Positions 1 to 13,015 of a stretch of DNA of 64,000 nucleotides are shown here, in pieces. The notes below the pieces were generated by a model, which saw only the letters and a list, made by a program, of their open reading frames with translations, searched no databases and had not been told where the DNA came from. Made by a program: the position numbers and the translations under genes. The stretch spans positions 161,075 to 225,074 of the forward strand of contig QPGO01000083.1 of assembly GCA_008632985.1 (NCBI GenBank). The letters run 5' to 3'. This stretch comes from Psammoneis japonica. Its lineage: Eukaryota. Within the stretch, counting starts at the first letter, position 1. Each line of letters begins with the position of its first letter.

Positions 1-1623
1 AACAAGCTTAACGGTACCATCCCAGAGTCTGTCTGCGATTTGACGAAGCTCCTTGCATTTGACATTTCGGGAAACAAAGCCATGCATGGCGAGATTCCTT
101 CATGCCTTGGTACACTTCCTTTGGAAGTTCTCCGAGTCGAGGACGTTGGTCTCGTGGGTGAAGTCCCGCCGGCATTATGTGCTGTGCGCAACATCAATGG
201 ACTCGAACCGAATCGCTATGGGTGCGAGGGTATTGCTTGTCCAGCTGGATACTACGAACCTATTTTGGGGAGAAAGAACAATGCCAATAGCCAGTGCCTC
301 ACATGTGTCGCGCCCTCCAATGTAATTGGGTCGACGAAAAATGCATGCTTTTGGAAGGCAACGATGTCGTAACACAAGCTCCGTCGAGCAGCCCGGCACC
401 AAGCGGTGTTCCATCATTCAGTGCTTCTCCGACCATGAGCTTTTCACCAAGCGCTGTTCCATCTGCGAGTCCTTTACCAACCATCAGCATCATGCCTACT
501 GTGGGTTCTTCAAACACGCCTTCTGGAGTTGAGACTCTTTCTTCAGCGCCAAGCGCTAGTAAGGAAGGTTATTCAGCGAATCCATCTGCGGCTCCCAGCC
601 TGCATCCGTCTTCACCTCCCACGTCAGTCCCAACAATAATTTCGACAGCCCCCTTGACACCCGCTCCATCCCAAGCAGACACTCCAAGCCTGACCAAAGC
701 CAATTCCACAAAACTTCATGAGGTATCTGTAGACTTGATACTCCTCTTTGCGAACATTACAACGAAGCTGACTGACTCAGCCGACAAGGCAGCTTTTAAC
801 CATGCTACCAAGACCTTTTTGAACCATCAGCTGCCGGTGGAGGTACACGTTATTCACGATGTTCTTATTGTTTCGCAGTTTCTGCACGAGCCAGAGAGCG
901 AAAGTGATGGAATTGTGCACTTTACTTTCCGACACCTATCTCAAGCGGCTCTACACATCAAGATCAGAGTCCAGGGAGAAACGAGCGATACTGACAACGC
1001 GTTCAAGATGGCGATTGAGCAGTCCCTGAAAGAACAGTATGGCTCATACATACACAAGCTTTCCAAAGACATTGATTCCTTCGCAACGCCGGTTGGTAGC
1101 CAAGGTGGTGGAAAGGACAACATTAATTGGGCACTGCTTGTTGTAGCTGTAGTCTTGTCTGTCGTGGCAGTTGCAACGCTACTGGTGGTTCGCCAACTTC
1201 ACGGCAGAGACCGCTTTTCAGCAGAGGGGCAAAACGCAGGAGCCCACTGGTCGAAAAAGAAAAATGTACGTCTTGAATCACCACAACGAAGGCATACAAT
1301 GCCGCTTGCTCAGCAGTAATATCCTCACAAGCAGTTTTCATTGAACTTTTCTTTCACAGAAGCGACATTTGTTTAGTTTTGGTGGAAGAGGAAAAGGTCG
1401 TCCACCGGTTGAAGGCGGCTCCTTGTCTGACGAGAGTAGCGCGGGTTGGAGATCAGGCGAAGGGTCAGAGGAAGGTGAATTTGTCAATCCGGTCCGTGAC
1501 AGTGAAAGCATTGAGTCAGCCCAAGAGTGGACCATTGACCCGCTGGACCAAATGACAGAGTACGATGGTGACAACATGTCAAGAACCCCCAGTACCACGG
1601 AACAATCCATTGCTGTTGTATGA
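1..1623 (+). CDS. LRR + Ser/Pro-rich stalk + single transmembrane protein (5' truncated by window)
   Basis: Frame 1 reads NKLNGTIPESVCDLTKL..GEIPSCLG (plant-type LRRs) and a Cys-rich CPAGYY segment. An apparent 1-nt indel in an A run near 340 joins it to ORF 294-1319 (PS/PT-rich stalk, TM WALLVVAVVLSVVAVATLLVV). An in-frame intron 1266-1359 (GTACGT..CACAG) leads to the last exon ending at 1623. Confidence 0.75.
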
Positions 1624-1899
1624 GCAAGCGGCGTCGTGGTTTTCCTAATTCTTCTCGGCAAACATTACAATGAAGAAGACATTGATTCTCTTTTTCCTCC
1701 CAAGAAATGACGCATAAATGCACACATGACTCTTGTTCGAGTCCCACCTTAGAAGACGTAGTAGATCCCCATAAGAACACTTTGCCGCTGTTTCTATAAC
1801 ATGTGAGACTGCAAAAGGTTCAGCAACGACCATCGCATTACGAGCACCAAGTATTCTGCAAAAGTTCCACGACGCACCCTTTTCTTTCCAACAACGGTG

Positions 1900-4480
1900 G
1901 CGAGCAACGAGCTGCGACAAAAGGCAGGCATGGCATGCACACAAGAGAAACTGGTGATCTTCCAACTTCCAATTGCCATCGCGCTGCTGAGACAGGCGGC
2001 CGGGCAGCCAGAACATGAAGTGGGGTGGTTGTTGCAGAGCAACAATCGTTCTCACACCACAACATCACCACTTGCTGGGGTTGCAGCACATGTCAGTGGC
2101 AGCCCTGGAATGAGCTTGTCTTCTTTGAGGATGGTTGAATCTGTCAAGTTAACAACAACACAGGCAGGGTGCTTGCATGGGCCATCCAGACCATCTGGTC
2201 CAAGTTTGTGATCACAAATGACACCCCAATGTTTTTCCCACAATGAAGTTGACAGGCAGCATGACATGAGCAGTGACAGCCAGGGCATCAATGGTGGGCA
2301 GACTGACATTGATTGGCACATGACCTGTGTTGCTGTTGGGACATTGGCGCACAATGTTGATGTGAGCAGCTGGTGGTTTGTTCAGCTGCTGGAGGCATTT
2401 CATCATTGTGATTGGTGTGGTCTGCTTCCAAGCAGGCATGACATGGAGTGCATCTCATTCAAGTGCCACTTGCTCAGCTGATGGCAGGACACTCAGTTGG
2501 CACCACAAGAGAACATCAGCGGCTTTGCAGTTCATGGCATCATTGCACATTTGCGGAATTGTGCCACGATGCTCAAGGTCACTGCCTCATCTCATTTGCT
2601 CTTCAAGAACAATGGCAAGGCTGTGAACAGGAGCATCAGCAAAAAACAACAGTTTGAGAAAGTTTTGAAATGCAATCAGACCACATGCACGTGCTGGCTC
2701 GACTTTCTTTGGAGCCTCTGAGTCAAATGTTGATTTTGTTGTTGCAACAGAAGGAATCTGTCCAAGGCTGCCACAGAAAGCAAAAGCTGGGACACCACCA
2801 CATGGATGATTGCCTGGAGCTGAAGGTGCCACAGGAGTTGCCTTTTTTGCTCTGCCATTGATGGCATTGATGTCAGGGGGTCAACACCATCAGCCAGAGG
2901 AGCTTGTGTCTCCTTTTGAGTTGACAGCCACACAAAGTTGGAAAGACCAGAGTCATGGAATCCTTGTTTGTCAAAAAGGCTTTGGCGTTCTGTGCAGATC
3001 TTGAGCTTCAGTTGGATGGTGGTGGGTGAACTTTCTTGCCAACTGGAATTTTGAAAGTGCACAGATTGGTGGAGCCAATGATGATGATGGCTGTGGTGCT
3101 GGTGGGAGTGGCACCAAGATCACATTCAATGGCACAGGACAATGGCCTCTTGGGCAATGCTTTGCACAGTCTTGATGCAAAAGGTCTTCCCTGTGCCAGG
3201 GTTTTTTGGCACTTTGAGCTGGAGAGACTGATGAGTGTCATCCCCCAATGCTTCTGTCCTTTTCTCTGGGTTGAGCAAGTTCTGCCAGTGCTTGCTGCAG
3301 TTGGATCCCCAGGCATTGCCCATTTGTTGCTGCAATGTTGCAGATGAAATGCTCTTGGAAAGGCAAGATGCAATCATGCTGGGTTTTGCATGCATGTCAA
3401 CAAAATCTCCATGAGAAAAAACAAAATTTTTGGCTTTGACTGGCTGGCTGTGGTTGGCTCAGGTTTGGGTCACTCAGTGTGTTGTGCAATCCTTGCATTT
3501 TCTGACATGCATGAGAGATGAGAGTTCCAGTCATTGACAGAGCATGGCAGGGCTGAAAAACTGCACACACAGTCCAGCCAAGAGTCTGAGAAGCTTCCAA
3601 AACTCAGCACCTCATTCTGTGTCTCAGCTCTTCTGGGTTGCTTGTGCACCACAATGACAATGTTGGCTCAACTTCTCTGGACTCTGGGTGAAAGCTCAAT
3701 GGCAACAGGGAGCTTCCAGGTTCTAAATGGCTTGTGGTGCCACCCAAAAACAACATCCTGCCATCATCTGGCAACTCTGAACAATGCCCTTTTTGTGTGG
3801 CAACAAGTGGTGCATCCCCCCCCCCCCCCCCTGCACCTGCAGGAGGGATCCAATGCAATCACTGGATCTCTCCCTGCAGCAGGAATCACCCTTGACCCAC
3901 AATTGACTTTCAGAAAAGTGTTCTCTCATTGGGTCTTTTCGCTGTCATTCCTGAGAGTCGTGTGCTTGTGTGTGCTTTTCCACCAAAAATGGGAATGGCA
4001 GCAGAACATTGAAGTTGCCCATTGAACGTACAATGTCTGTTGACATTGACGTTCACTTGAGAATTAAACAGCATCATTCTCATTTTGGGTGATGCGTGGA
4101 TTTGCGTGCAAAATTGAGAAGAGGGCTCCAATCTTCTTCTGATCCAGTGCACATGAAAACACCTTTTCCATCTGGAGTGATTCCCACTGTGGGGAGAGAT
4201 CCATGATCACCACATGATTGATCACAGGGCATTGAACTCTGCTCTTTTCCCACTCTCCAACCTGTCATTTTGCATTTGGCGGGCTGGGCTGGTGTGGACT
4301 GGGGTCACCTGGTTCTTCAGAAGTGTGCGGGGCTGCTGGGCAGAGCTGGGTTGAGCAACTCTTGCTGGGGAGTGCTTCAGTGCCTCTTACATCTGCAGTT
4401 GTTCACAAACACTCTCCTCTCAGGAAGCTGACAAATTCGTGTGCAATGTGGTCGATGCGTCAACAACGTCAAATCAAAAC
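1900..4480 (-). mobile_element. Decayed element with PIF1-family helicase remnant (Helitron/Helentron-like), TpA- and CpG-depleted
   Basis: Minus-strand fragments in PIF1 motif order: NPGTGKTF (Walker A, ~3181-3203), ATPTSTTAIIIIGST..TFKIP (APTG..AA..G.T-like), PCGGVPAFAFCGSLGQIPSV (FGG..GD..QLPPV-like), LAVTAHVML, GVICDH..GP..PACVVVNL. Many stops and frameshifts. Confidence 0.65.
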
Positions 4481-4704
4481 CAGCACCTCCAAAAATCTGC
4501 CGCTGCGCCGCGCGCGGCACCAGGCGAGCTATCGATCGCGCGCCCACCATGCGCCCCCGACGCAGTGTTGGTGAGCGGACGAGTGGATGGGCCATGGGCC
4601 GGCCATGCATCAATTCAGGTGACGGGTCTGCCACAAGCTTCGTTGTCGCTGTTCTTGGACAGTCTTTTACTCGTAACGCATTGGATTGTCGGTTTGAGTC
4701 TCGA

Positions 4705-5735
4705 ATGTCCCTGGCAAGATTTCTTGCGACAACAAGCATGGCCCTTTCAACCAACAGAAACGGCGTAGCCATGATTTTGTCCCCGGCAAAAACGTTGGAT
4801 ATGACGCCGCGTGAATCTGGAAATCTGGAATGGACGACGCCAAGCTGCGACGAGGAAAAGACACAGCAAGTTGCCAATGCAATGAAAAAGCAGAGTAAGA
4901 AGGATCTGATGAAATTGTTGGGAATATCAGCCAATCTGGCCGATAAATCTCACTCGGTACGTCGTAAGCAGCTCGATGCCATGTGAGCTACGCTGACCTC
5001 TGCCCATCTGTTGTTCTGACTTACTCGACCTCATTTTTCTTTCTTTCTTTAGTATTGGAGTTATTACGAGTGTAATCAAGCTGATCGAGACGAAACTGGC
5101 AAAAAACCATGCATCTATGCATTCAGCGGAATCGCATATCAGGGTCTCGAGTCGTCGTCGTGTTCCGAAGATGCAATTTCTTATCTTCAGAAAAACCTAC
5201 GAATACTGGATGCTCTTTATGGATCTTTGCTTCCTCTTGATGTTATTCAACCGTACCGGCTAGAGATGGGAACACGAAACGTTTTTGGGGATAAAAAGAA
5301 AATGTCAGATTTTTGGAAAGCATCAGTGACGGCGCAATTAGTCAAGGAACTGTCGCAGCGAGAAGACAAGATACTTGTCAATATAGCAAGTGACGAGTAC
5401 GCCAATGCGGTAGACTTTGTAGAGCTTGAATCCATTGGAACTAAAGTGATCAAGATTGTGTTTTGGGACGAAGGTCGAGTTGTAACAGTGCATGCTAAGC
5501 GAGCACGCGGTTTGATGGCGAGGTACTTGGCACACGAAAACGTTCAAACGATAGAGGACATTCAAAGTTTAATTACGAAGGATATGCCTTTGTGGCTGAA
5601 GAGTCGGATGACAACAAACTTGTGTTTAATCGAAAGAAGCAGAAACCCGCCAGAAAGACGACAAACAAGAGAGCTCAAAAGTCAACAGCAGCTGCTGCCG
5701 CTTCTGAAAACAAGAAACGGACTCGTAAAAAGTAA
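4705..5735 (+). CDS. yaaA: YaaA/UPF0246 (DUF328) peroxide-stress family protein
   Basis: Motifs ILSPAKTLD, LMKLLGIS..LA, AFSGIAYQGL, LRILDALYG.L.PLD.IQPYRLEMG, VNIASDEY, HAKRARGLMARY. In-frame intron 4957-5052. One T missing near 5568 would restore FNYEGYAF..LVFNR, stop at 5733-5735. Confidence 0.85.
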
Positions 5736-5952
5736 GCATTATTTGATGCCTGTTCAGCATTTCAGACCATGTGTAAGATGTGTTCATTTTATGAAAAGGT
5801 TGTTAGATCCTCCATGATCCTGTAATTCATTCTTTGGCTCTTATTCTGTATGCAATGCGTATTCAGGATCGCATCATCTTGTTACTGACGACACTGCATT
5901 AATAATCAAACAAGTAAGCGCCAGCACAACAACAAAGATCCAAGCGTCATTC

Positions 5953-8328
5953 TCAAAGGGATTCACCAATGCTAAACTGTCGAAGTCGCTGAGGTTTCAC
6001 CTTGGAAAAGTATCCAAGATTCTGAATGGCAATTTCTTGGTCATCTTCTTCACTTTCACCATAAATTGTGCCGTAAGCCTCGTGCCCGACATTGACGGTT
6101 TTCTTGGTTTGCACAGGACTAGTAGGCGATCCACTGCTGTCAAACGAGGAACCCGTCGAATGATGCGACTCGTGCGAGGACGCATGGCGTTTCACGGCAA
6201 TGTACTGTTGTGGTTTCATAATGTTTTGCAAGTCCAATAGAGTCTTCTCCAGCATGTGTACATAGCGCCTTGTCTGCCGATGCTTGCTGGAAACAGAATA
6301 TTGGAGACCATTGTCCTTGATAATATATCCAATGCCAAAGCCATCCTATGTTCACGGGAAGTACAAAGAAAGCAAGTGTGAGAGGAGGTAGACACAACTA
6401 ATGACGGAAAAATAGAGAAACGAGGAACGAACCTGCACAACCGGACCAAATCCAAAGAGACGCAAGGCGGGATTGCCACAATTGGATGTGGAAAGGACGG
6501 TATGGTTCAGGGTCATCCACGGTTTCGATTGAAAGAAACAAGGAACGTCCACGTCGTTCCGTTCGGCAATACACTTCAAGGCAAACAAGTGACGGTCAAC
6601 TCCCTTGCCAGCAGCAGATTCCTTGACGAGTCTCGAGTGTTCCTTAGTTGCTTTTCGAAGTGCCTCGAGTTTCGCCGCTTTTGTGGCATTGCTGTCCATC
6701 CACGTACGACAGAATGCAGCTGCCTCAGGCGTTACAGTTCTCATTGCCTCTGTTCGCCCGTGCAAGAATTGCTTGGTCAAGACCGGTTCATAGGTGCACA
6801 CAATCTTTCCGTACAAACGATAGTATGCTAGCAGCATGGACATTTGCACAAACGAGTCGGGGCTAAAGAAAGGAAGAACATAAGATTCAGATTGGCACGA
6901 CAGGTAAAAACTAAATCGATATCACAATGAGGCTCACCTCATGGAATTCGAGACAATAAGATGCTTTCCATACGTCTTGAACTCGAGATTCACGGTATCT
7001 GTGGAAATGATTTGGTCACCCAGCGCGGTCTCGGCAAAGTGAATGCGCTCCAGCACATCGTCGGGGAGTTCGAAAACGAGCTTTTTGGGATTCACATCCA
7101 ACGAAGCATTGCCGTGAGAGTCCAAATGATTGGCAGCTCGCTTGACGGTAGCATGAATGACGTGCGGAATCCGATCCCCGCCATAAATGAGTTTGGTAAT
7201 GGACCGAGCAAAGCACACCACCGTCTCGGCAAAGACATCGGATACAAACCGTAGTGCCGTGTGTCCGTCAATAGCCGAGTGCTCAAAGTTGACTCCGGCA
7301 GTGCCGTCTCCACACACAATGACTTGAAGTTTGTCATACCATCGATTGCAACACGTACCAACTTGTAAATCCTGTAGATTTTCGGTGGTTTCGATCCTGT
7401 ACGTGCCGTGCAGCATGTTGGCTGCGGCCCAATTGATATTGTCTGGAACAAACTCATCCAGAACCAGTACAAACAAGGCCGAATCTACAATTTGCAACGA
7501 CTCGCTGTTGCCTTCACACGCGCTCACCAAGGAAGCACGGGCGGCAGCCCACTCGTTGCGTGGAAGACTCGTAAGCACCCCCAAGGCTTCTTTGCAACTC
7601 TCATCCAGTGCCGTTTCGGCAGAATTGGTTTGAATCGCGGTAAGAATTTCCATAATGTCATGTTCATTGACCGCCACAGTCCCATCCTCGGGCCACAGCG
7701 CTTGAAAGTAATACAATTGATTGCGACTCATGACGGCAACATGAGTGCTTTCCGGAAAGACAGCCACACAATCCTTATTGTCCGTGTGTGGCTGACGACA
7801 ACTCCCAAAGAGCGCCTTGAATTGATCCATACAGAGCGGTGCACCGCGAAAGACATCCGGCTTGAGTGCTTCGTGCTTGAGCAGCGACGCCAACTTGACG
7901 GCTGCCAGTGTAATGCTGGCGGCACGTTTGATTTGATTCTTGGCAATCTTGGCGTCGGGGCCATCCTCTAGAACAAAAAAGGGATTGAGATTGAGAACGA
8001 CACTCTGATCGGGAGCCAAGTACGAATCGTTCCAGAACTCTTCTACATAACTTCCGATCCGTCCAGACTCTCGTCCTTCTTTTTCGTATTCTTCCAAAAG
8101 CACCTGTAGTTTTTCTAAATCGGCTCTGGATTCTTCGATTATGCGTTTTGTTTCTTGTCGTTCCGCTTCGTTTTGTAATGCCGAAACGACTTTTGGGAAT
8201 TTTGTCAAGGTTTCGTCTAGAGTCGGGATGGGAAGTCGTGGAAGATTTTCTTGCGCACCGTAGGTTACACTTGACATGCGTCGAAACGACAAGCGTCTAT
8301 GGCTGACACTGCCATTTTGCTGTGTCAT
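5953..8328 (-). CDS. Choline/carnitine O-acyltransferase family protein (3 exons)
   Basis: Motifs LPRLPIPTLDETL, PLCMDQF, NRWYDK, GVNFEHSAIDG (catalytic His), TYEPVLTKQFLHGRTE, GKGVDRHLFAL, LSTSNCG, FGFGPVV. Introns at about 6865-6938 and 6348-6432. Confidence 0.92.
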
Positions 8329-8645
8329 TGTGATTTTCGAGAATGTTGCCGTAGTCGCTTTGGTTTTTAGAAGGGACAATGCATAAAACAATGGCTCTTG
8401 CAACAACAGCTAAGAGAAGAACAGAATGAAAATGGGATTGCAACGAGATTGGATCTTTATGTATGTGTGTGCGAATCCGAACAGAATGACACCCTGAGCG
8501 AAACGGCCGGCCGGGCGAGCGACGGAAGTTCCCGCACTTTTTGTCGCGCGAAATGCGCGTGACTTCCCTCCGACATGACGTCACGCCACGAAAATGAAAA
8601 AAGCAACGCCAGCATCCAGCATCCCCCAAAAAGCACGCGACGACA

Positions 8646-9353
8646 ATGGCAGCCATCAACGGCAATGCGGGTACTGCTTTGGAACGATCCGAGAGCATTT
8701 GTGCTCACATGAATACGGATCACTCTGTCACGGTACATCAAATGTGTCTCGAATCGCTACCAAAAGAGCAACGCAAGGGGACAACAATTTCCAATTACAA
8801 GCTCAAGTCCGTGTCGCGTTCGGCGTGCACCTTGAGTTTTGTCGTTTGCAATGGCGACTTGTGCGACATGAAAACCACGACACTGCCCTTTGTACCGCCA
8901 TTAAAAGATGAAAGTGAAGTGAAATCACGGCTGATTCAGATTCATCAGCAAGTCATGACACCCAAGGTGCATTGGTTAGTGACGGATCCGCTGGCCTTGC
9001 TGATTCTGGTGGTTTGCACCGGTTTGGGATATGCCACGCTTGTGCTTGGAATTGACAATCTCACAAGCCTCATTGAAGAATCTCCGAGCATCAACAATAT
9101 TTGTACAAGCATCTACGGTTCTGCCGCCACGTTTGGCGTGTGGGTCAAGTGGGCTTGGTGGTTCACCGTGGTGGCTCACGGTGCCGAAGCGTGGTATGTC
9201 GTCTATCAAAGCAAGACTACGTTAAAGCTCAAGACGAAACCGACGTTGCAATGGGCGTTTTTGATTTCGTGTGTTGGGTATCCTGTTTTTACGCGATTTA
9301 CAAAGTTGGTAAAGATGCAAAAGGCTGCGAAAGCAAATAAGAAACAAAAGTAG
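8646..9353 (+). CDS. DUF2470 domain + TMEM254-like membrane protein
   Basis: N-terminal ICAHMNTDH (HMNxDH) motif. C-terminal hydrophobic helices with HGAEAWY. Intact 235-aa ORF with ordinary composition. Confidence 0.7.
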   Translation: MAAINGNAGTALERSESICAHMNTDHSVTVHQMCLESLPKEQRKGTTISNYKLKSVSRSACTLSFVVCNGDLCDMKTTTLPFVPPLKDESEVKSRLIQIHQQVMTPKVHWLVTDPLALLILVVCTGLGYATLVLGIDNLTSLIEESPSINNICTSIYGSAATFGVWVKWAWWFTVVAHGAEAWYVVYQSKTTLKLKTKPTLQWAFLISCVGYPVFTRFTKLVKMQKAAKANKKQK

Positions 9354-9367
9354 AATGAAGAATCTCG

Positions 9368-10874
9368 TCACGTAGATTTGTTCTTTTGCTCCGCCACGAC
9401 ATCTTCCTCTTCTCGATTGATCCATAGCTTTGCATCATCGTCCGTAAATTCATCACACGCGGGAACTATCGACTCGTCTGGTATTTGAGAGTTGAGCCAA
9501 TGTCGAAACTCGTCAAAGGTCTTGTCCACTTGTCCACGTTTGTACTTTGTCCAATCCACACCATGGACATTTATTGGCTTTTCATGGTGCCACTTGCCGT
9601 CTTCATCCTTTTTCGGTAATAGCTCCTTTGGACCGTCGTTCCATTCCATGCGTGATTTCGAATCTAAATGTGGATAATGAACGACAAAGCCACCGCCCAA
9701 TTGTGAAAATTGATACCCGACCCTTCTCATGTGCATGACAGTCTGAAAAAAAAAAAAAAATCATGAGCAATTGGTTCAATCACCATACAGAACACGGATA
9801 TTGACTCCTCACCGTCATTTTGTTCTTGCCATAGCCCGAAAACTCTTCATGAAACGGTGGTAAATCATGACAATACCGAAACACCATGTACGGTTCATAC
9901 CGATTACTTCGTATACAGGGTATATCAATCACATCTGCGGCATGCTGCTTGAACCACGTGGCATACAGCGTCGATCCGTGTCCTCCACGATTGGTAGGAT
10001 CAAAGGGAAACACCTGCTTGTCCTTGACAAGTTGCTTGAGTTGCTCCTTGTTGCGTGGCATTTTGGGAATGTTCTTTTGGGGACATTCCTTCCATTCGCG
10101 GCATTGTCGATTCAATTGAAAGGCCGGAACGACCAAGAGGCGCTTTGGATCCATGGCCAAAGTTTGCTTGACATCGTCGTATTGTAAATACTCGTGCAAG
10201 TCTTCCGACTCCCAAAAGTCCACGTCCGAGTACATGACATGAGTGGTTGTTACCATGGAGAGAGCCTTGTTTCTCAAGACATTGACTGGATAGTCGACTG
10301 CAGCATACAAGTCAGAATTGAGGACTTGAACAGAGAGTGTGTCGGGACTGCAACCCAAGTCTTCCAGCTTTTGTCGGATGTCTTGTTCGGATTGATTGGT
10401 AAAGACCGCGACTGAGATTGGTGAAATCGATCCCCATCGATCACAATGATGCTCCATCATCCATATGCGATCCTCGGATAATTGCGTAACAAGCGTATAC
10501 GTGATGTCCTCTGGTTCCATTTCCGTACAGTCTGGAGCATTGACAGTAAAACGTGTAAAGTCGTGTGGCGGAGTCAAGTCGCGGTGCTGCTGCTGACTAC
10601 TAGTACTGCCCCCGCCGCCAAGCCGTGATTTCTGCTGTTTAGATGTTGTTTTCAAGAGGAAAACAAGCGAGACTCCCACCATGATCAGTACAGTTACAGC
10701 AAGTGACCATATAATGACTTGACGAGAAGCATCCATTCGAGCTTTGCTGCGCAGCCTCGGTTTACGATGTCGTCGTCGAACAATGTGTTGGTGTGTTTCA
10801 GAGGAATGACCGTTTGAATGAACTGGCAGCTCATTGCTGCCTCTTCTTCGCATATTAACATCATGGCCCGACAT
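9368..10874 (-). CDS. Glycosyltransferase family 49 (LARGE/B4GAT1-like), type II membrane protein, 2 exons
   Basis: N-terminal TM, then TLVTQLS.DR, YPVNVLRN, DVDF, LVVPAF, YEPY, FSGYGKNK. Second exon has FVVHYPH. Intron at about 9744-9811. Confidence 0.85.
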
Positions 10875-11124
10875 TGTTATCAGGAAATGCTCTAGCAAGT
10901 AAATAAAAGGCTTGTAAGTAGAGAAGTAGGTGTCGAACAACTGAGGAGTCTTTCAGCATGCGTTCGCCGCCATGGTATGAACATGCGTGGCAAGTGGCAA
11001 AGCCGCAATAAGCTGCAAAGCGTGATTGGTAAATCAAAAATAGGCTCATGTACTCTTCATGACGAACCTTCACGTTACGTTACGTGCGTGCGTGCGTACG
11101 GTACCATACGCCGTACGCGCAAAC

Positions 11125-12080
11125 TGTGGCCACAAGATGCATCAACAAAGCTCACAAAAATGATCATGTTGAAAAGATGTGTGGTTGTGTGCATGCACAC
11201 CAATGTGGTGCAAAAACCTTTGACTTTCCTCCATGAACTTTGCAACCTTCTGGGATTGGCACACGGTGGTGCACAACCATGCACTCAACTGCTGGAGTCT
11301 GTGAGAAAGCAGACACACTGCTGGGTTGCTGGCCAGCTCCAGCTCCATGTGGGACGCGAAACCTGTCAAGCACAATTTTCTGCACAGTTTTTGGCACCAG
11401 AGTATTTTGTTGTTGCCTGCCAGAGCTTGTGCTTTTTGGCATGCAGTGACAACATTGTGCGTGATGCTGTTCTCACACACAAAAGCTGTCATTTTGTCAC
11501 AAAAAGAAAAGTGTGAGGCCATCCTTGAAAGGTGTTTTCATGACACGCAGCATCAGCACTGACTTTTGCATCCACAAACCCATGACCATGTGGGCACACA
11601 GTGCAGCAACAAACTTGTCACAAAGCACACTGCCGCTGCTGTTGTGCAAAGCACTCCCATGCATTTGTCTTTTGCACACAATGCCCTTTGTCATTTTGCA
11701 CCCAAGCAGACACGGCATCTGCAGTGTGTTTGTTTTTGCAAAACACTGGCTCCAAGCAAATTTCTCCATTTCTGGTCACACAAGATTCTGCGCATGTGCC
11801 GCTCATTTGGTGCATGCCTGCACTTGCACACCACCTGACACACGCTGCTTCCAAGACTTCTGGGGGTTGGAATTTTTCCACTTGGCTCATCACATGTTGT
11901 TTGTTGCGGGCTTGAAGGCTGACAAAAAATTCGTTTTGCTGTTGCACTCATGCGTTTCCGGAGCGCCACTGCCCACCCAGAAAAAGAACACTCAGTTGGC
12001 CAGTGAGGGGCTTCTTTTTGAGTCATCTCCTGCTGGCTGGTGCATTTGGAACAAGGCCGTGAATTGGGGTGAACTTGAAA
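11125..12080. other. Unclassified decayed repeat-like block, almost free of TpA and CpG
   Basis: Abrupt switch to TG/CA-rich sequence after ~11120. Cys/His-rich ORFs in all frames, with no recognisable protein. Confidence 0.55.
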
Positions 12081-12764
12081 TTTTCATTGACCACTCAGTG
12101 GTTGGTGATTGCAGACTTTTTCGTGTCGGTCCGGCATTCGGGCAGTCGGGCAGTCGGGGGGTCGGGCAGTTGGGCAGTCGGGTTGTCCGTCTGAATTTGA
12201 AAGTGTGTCCCTCGGATTTTAGAACGGGATGGGTTGTTTAGCACAGATGAATTCTTCGGATTCGTAGAATGATCATTGAGGACATGAGAGGTCATGGGGA
12301 CATCCTAAAAAATCGATAAATTCCCTACGACGGGCACGTGGCACGGTTTTTCAGGAGAGCTCGAAAGTGCTGTAAAATTGGGATTGCCGGCGTGGCATGT
12401 TCAAAAATGTGTTCAGTTGCAAACAAAGACCAATCAATCGTGAATTCTACACGAAACAGTCACATTTCGGAAAACATGTCGAACAATGAGTGAGTTTGTG
12501 CGATGCGCTGTTATGGCGATAAATTGGAAAAAAAGAGTGTCCGTGCACCTCGCTGCAGCCCCAAAAATGGCATGAGACATCAAACAATATGACGGTCATC
12601 CGCGTCACCGGTGCGGTGGCCACGCCACTCAGCCGCCACATGCATGCAATGCGGCCCCGGCGGCAGGGCCCTACGTACGCACAGACAATGCAGCATGCAA
12701 CGGCACACACCCACCCACAAAAGCGAAAGACAAGTGGTCAATGCTCCCCGCAGGCCTGGTTCAG
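12081..12764 (+). mobile_element. Non-autonomous repeat (~684 bp), Helentron-associated (HINE/DINE-1-like) architecture, copy 1 (uninterrupted)
   Basis: Starts with TTTT. Asymmetric inverted repeat CATTGACCACT (12085-12095) / AGTGGTCAATG (12733-12743). 5' hairpin ACCACT-c-AGTGGT and internal (CGGGCAGT)n repeat. Homologous to 42128-42147 + 49064-49203 + 57855-58356. Confidence 0.65.
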
Positions 12765-13015
12765 AAATGCTGGTGATGCAAGCTGGCAGCAGATCTCATC
12801 TGCGAACGGACTGAAAATCTCTACCGTGCACTGACCATCGTACGAAGATTTGTCAATCTGCCACATTCAACTTTGACACCAAAAAACGACGCACCACCAT
12901 GGCACATCAAACTTGGAAGCCTGCCATTCTCTGCAGCTGTGACGATCTGATGCTCGAAACTTGGTGGCATCGTGGAACACTCTCTGTGGTGCTTGTTGAA
13001 TTTTTCTGGTTTGAA

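Noticed and set aside
330..5575. Programmed frameshifts in the LRR gene (~340) and yaaA (~5568)
   Set aside because: Both are single-base deficits in homopolymers, most simply consensus errors.
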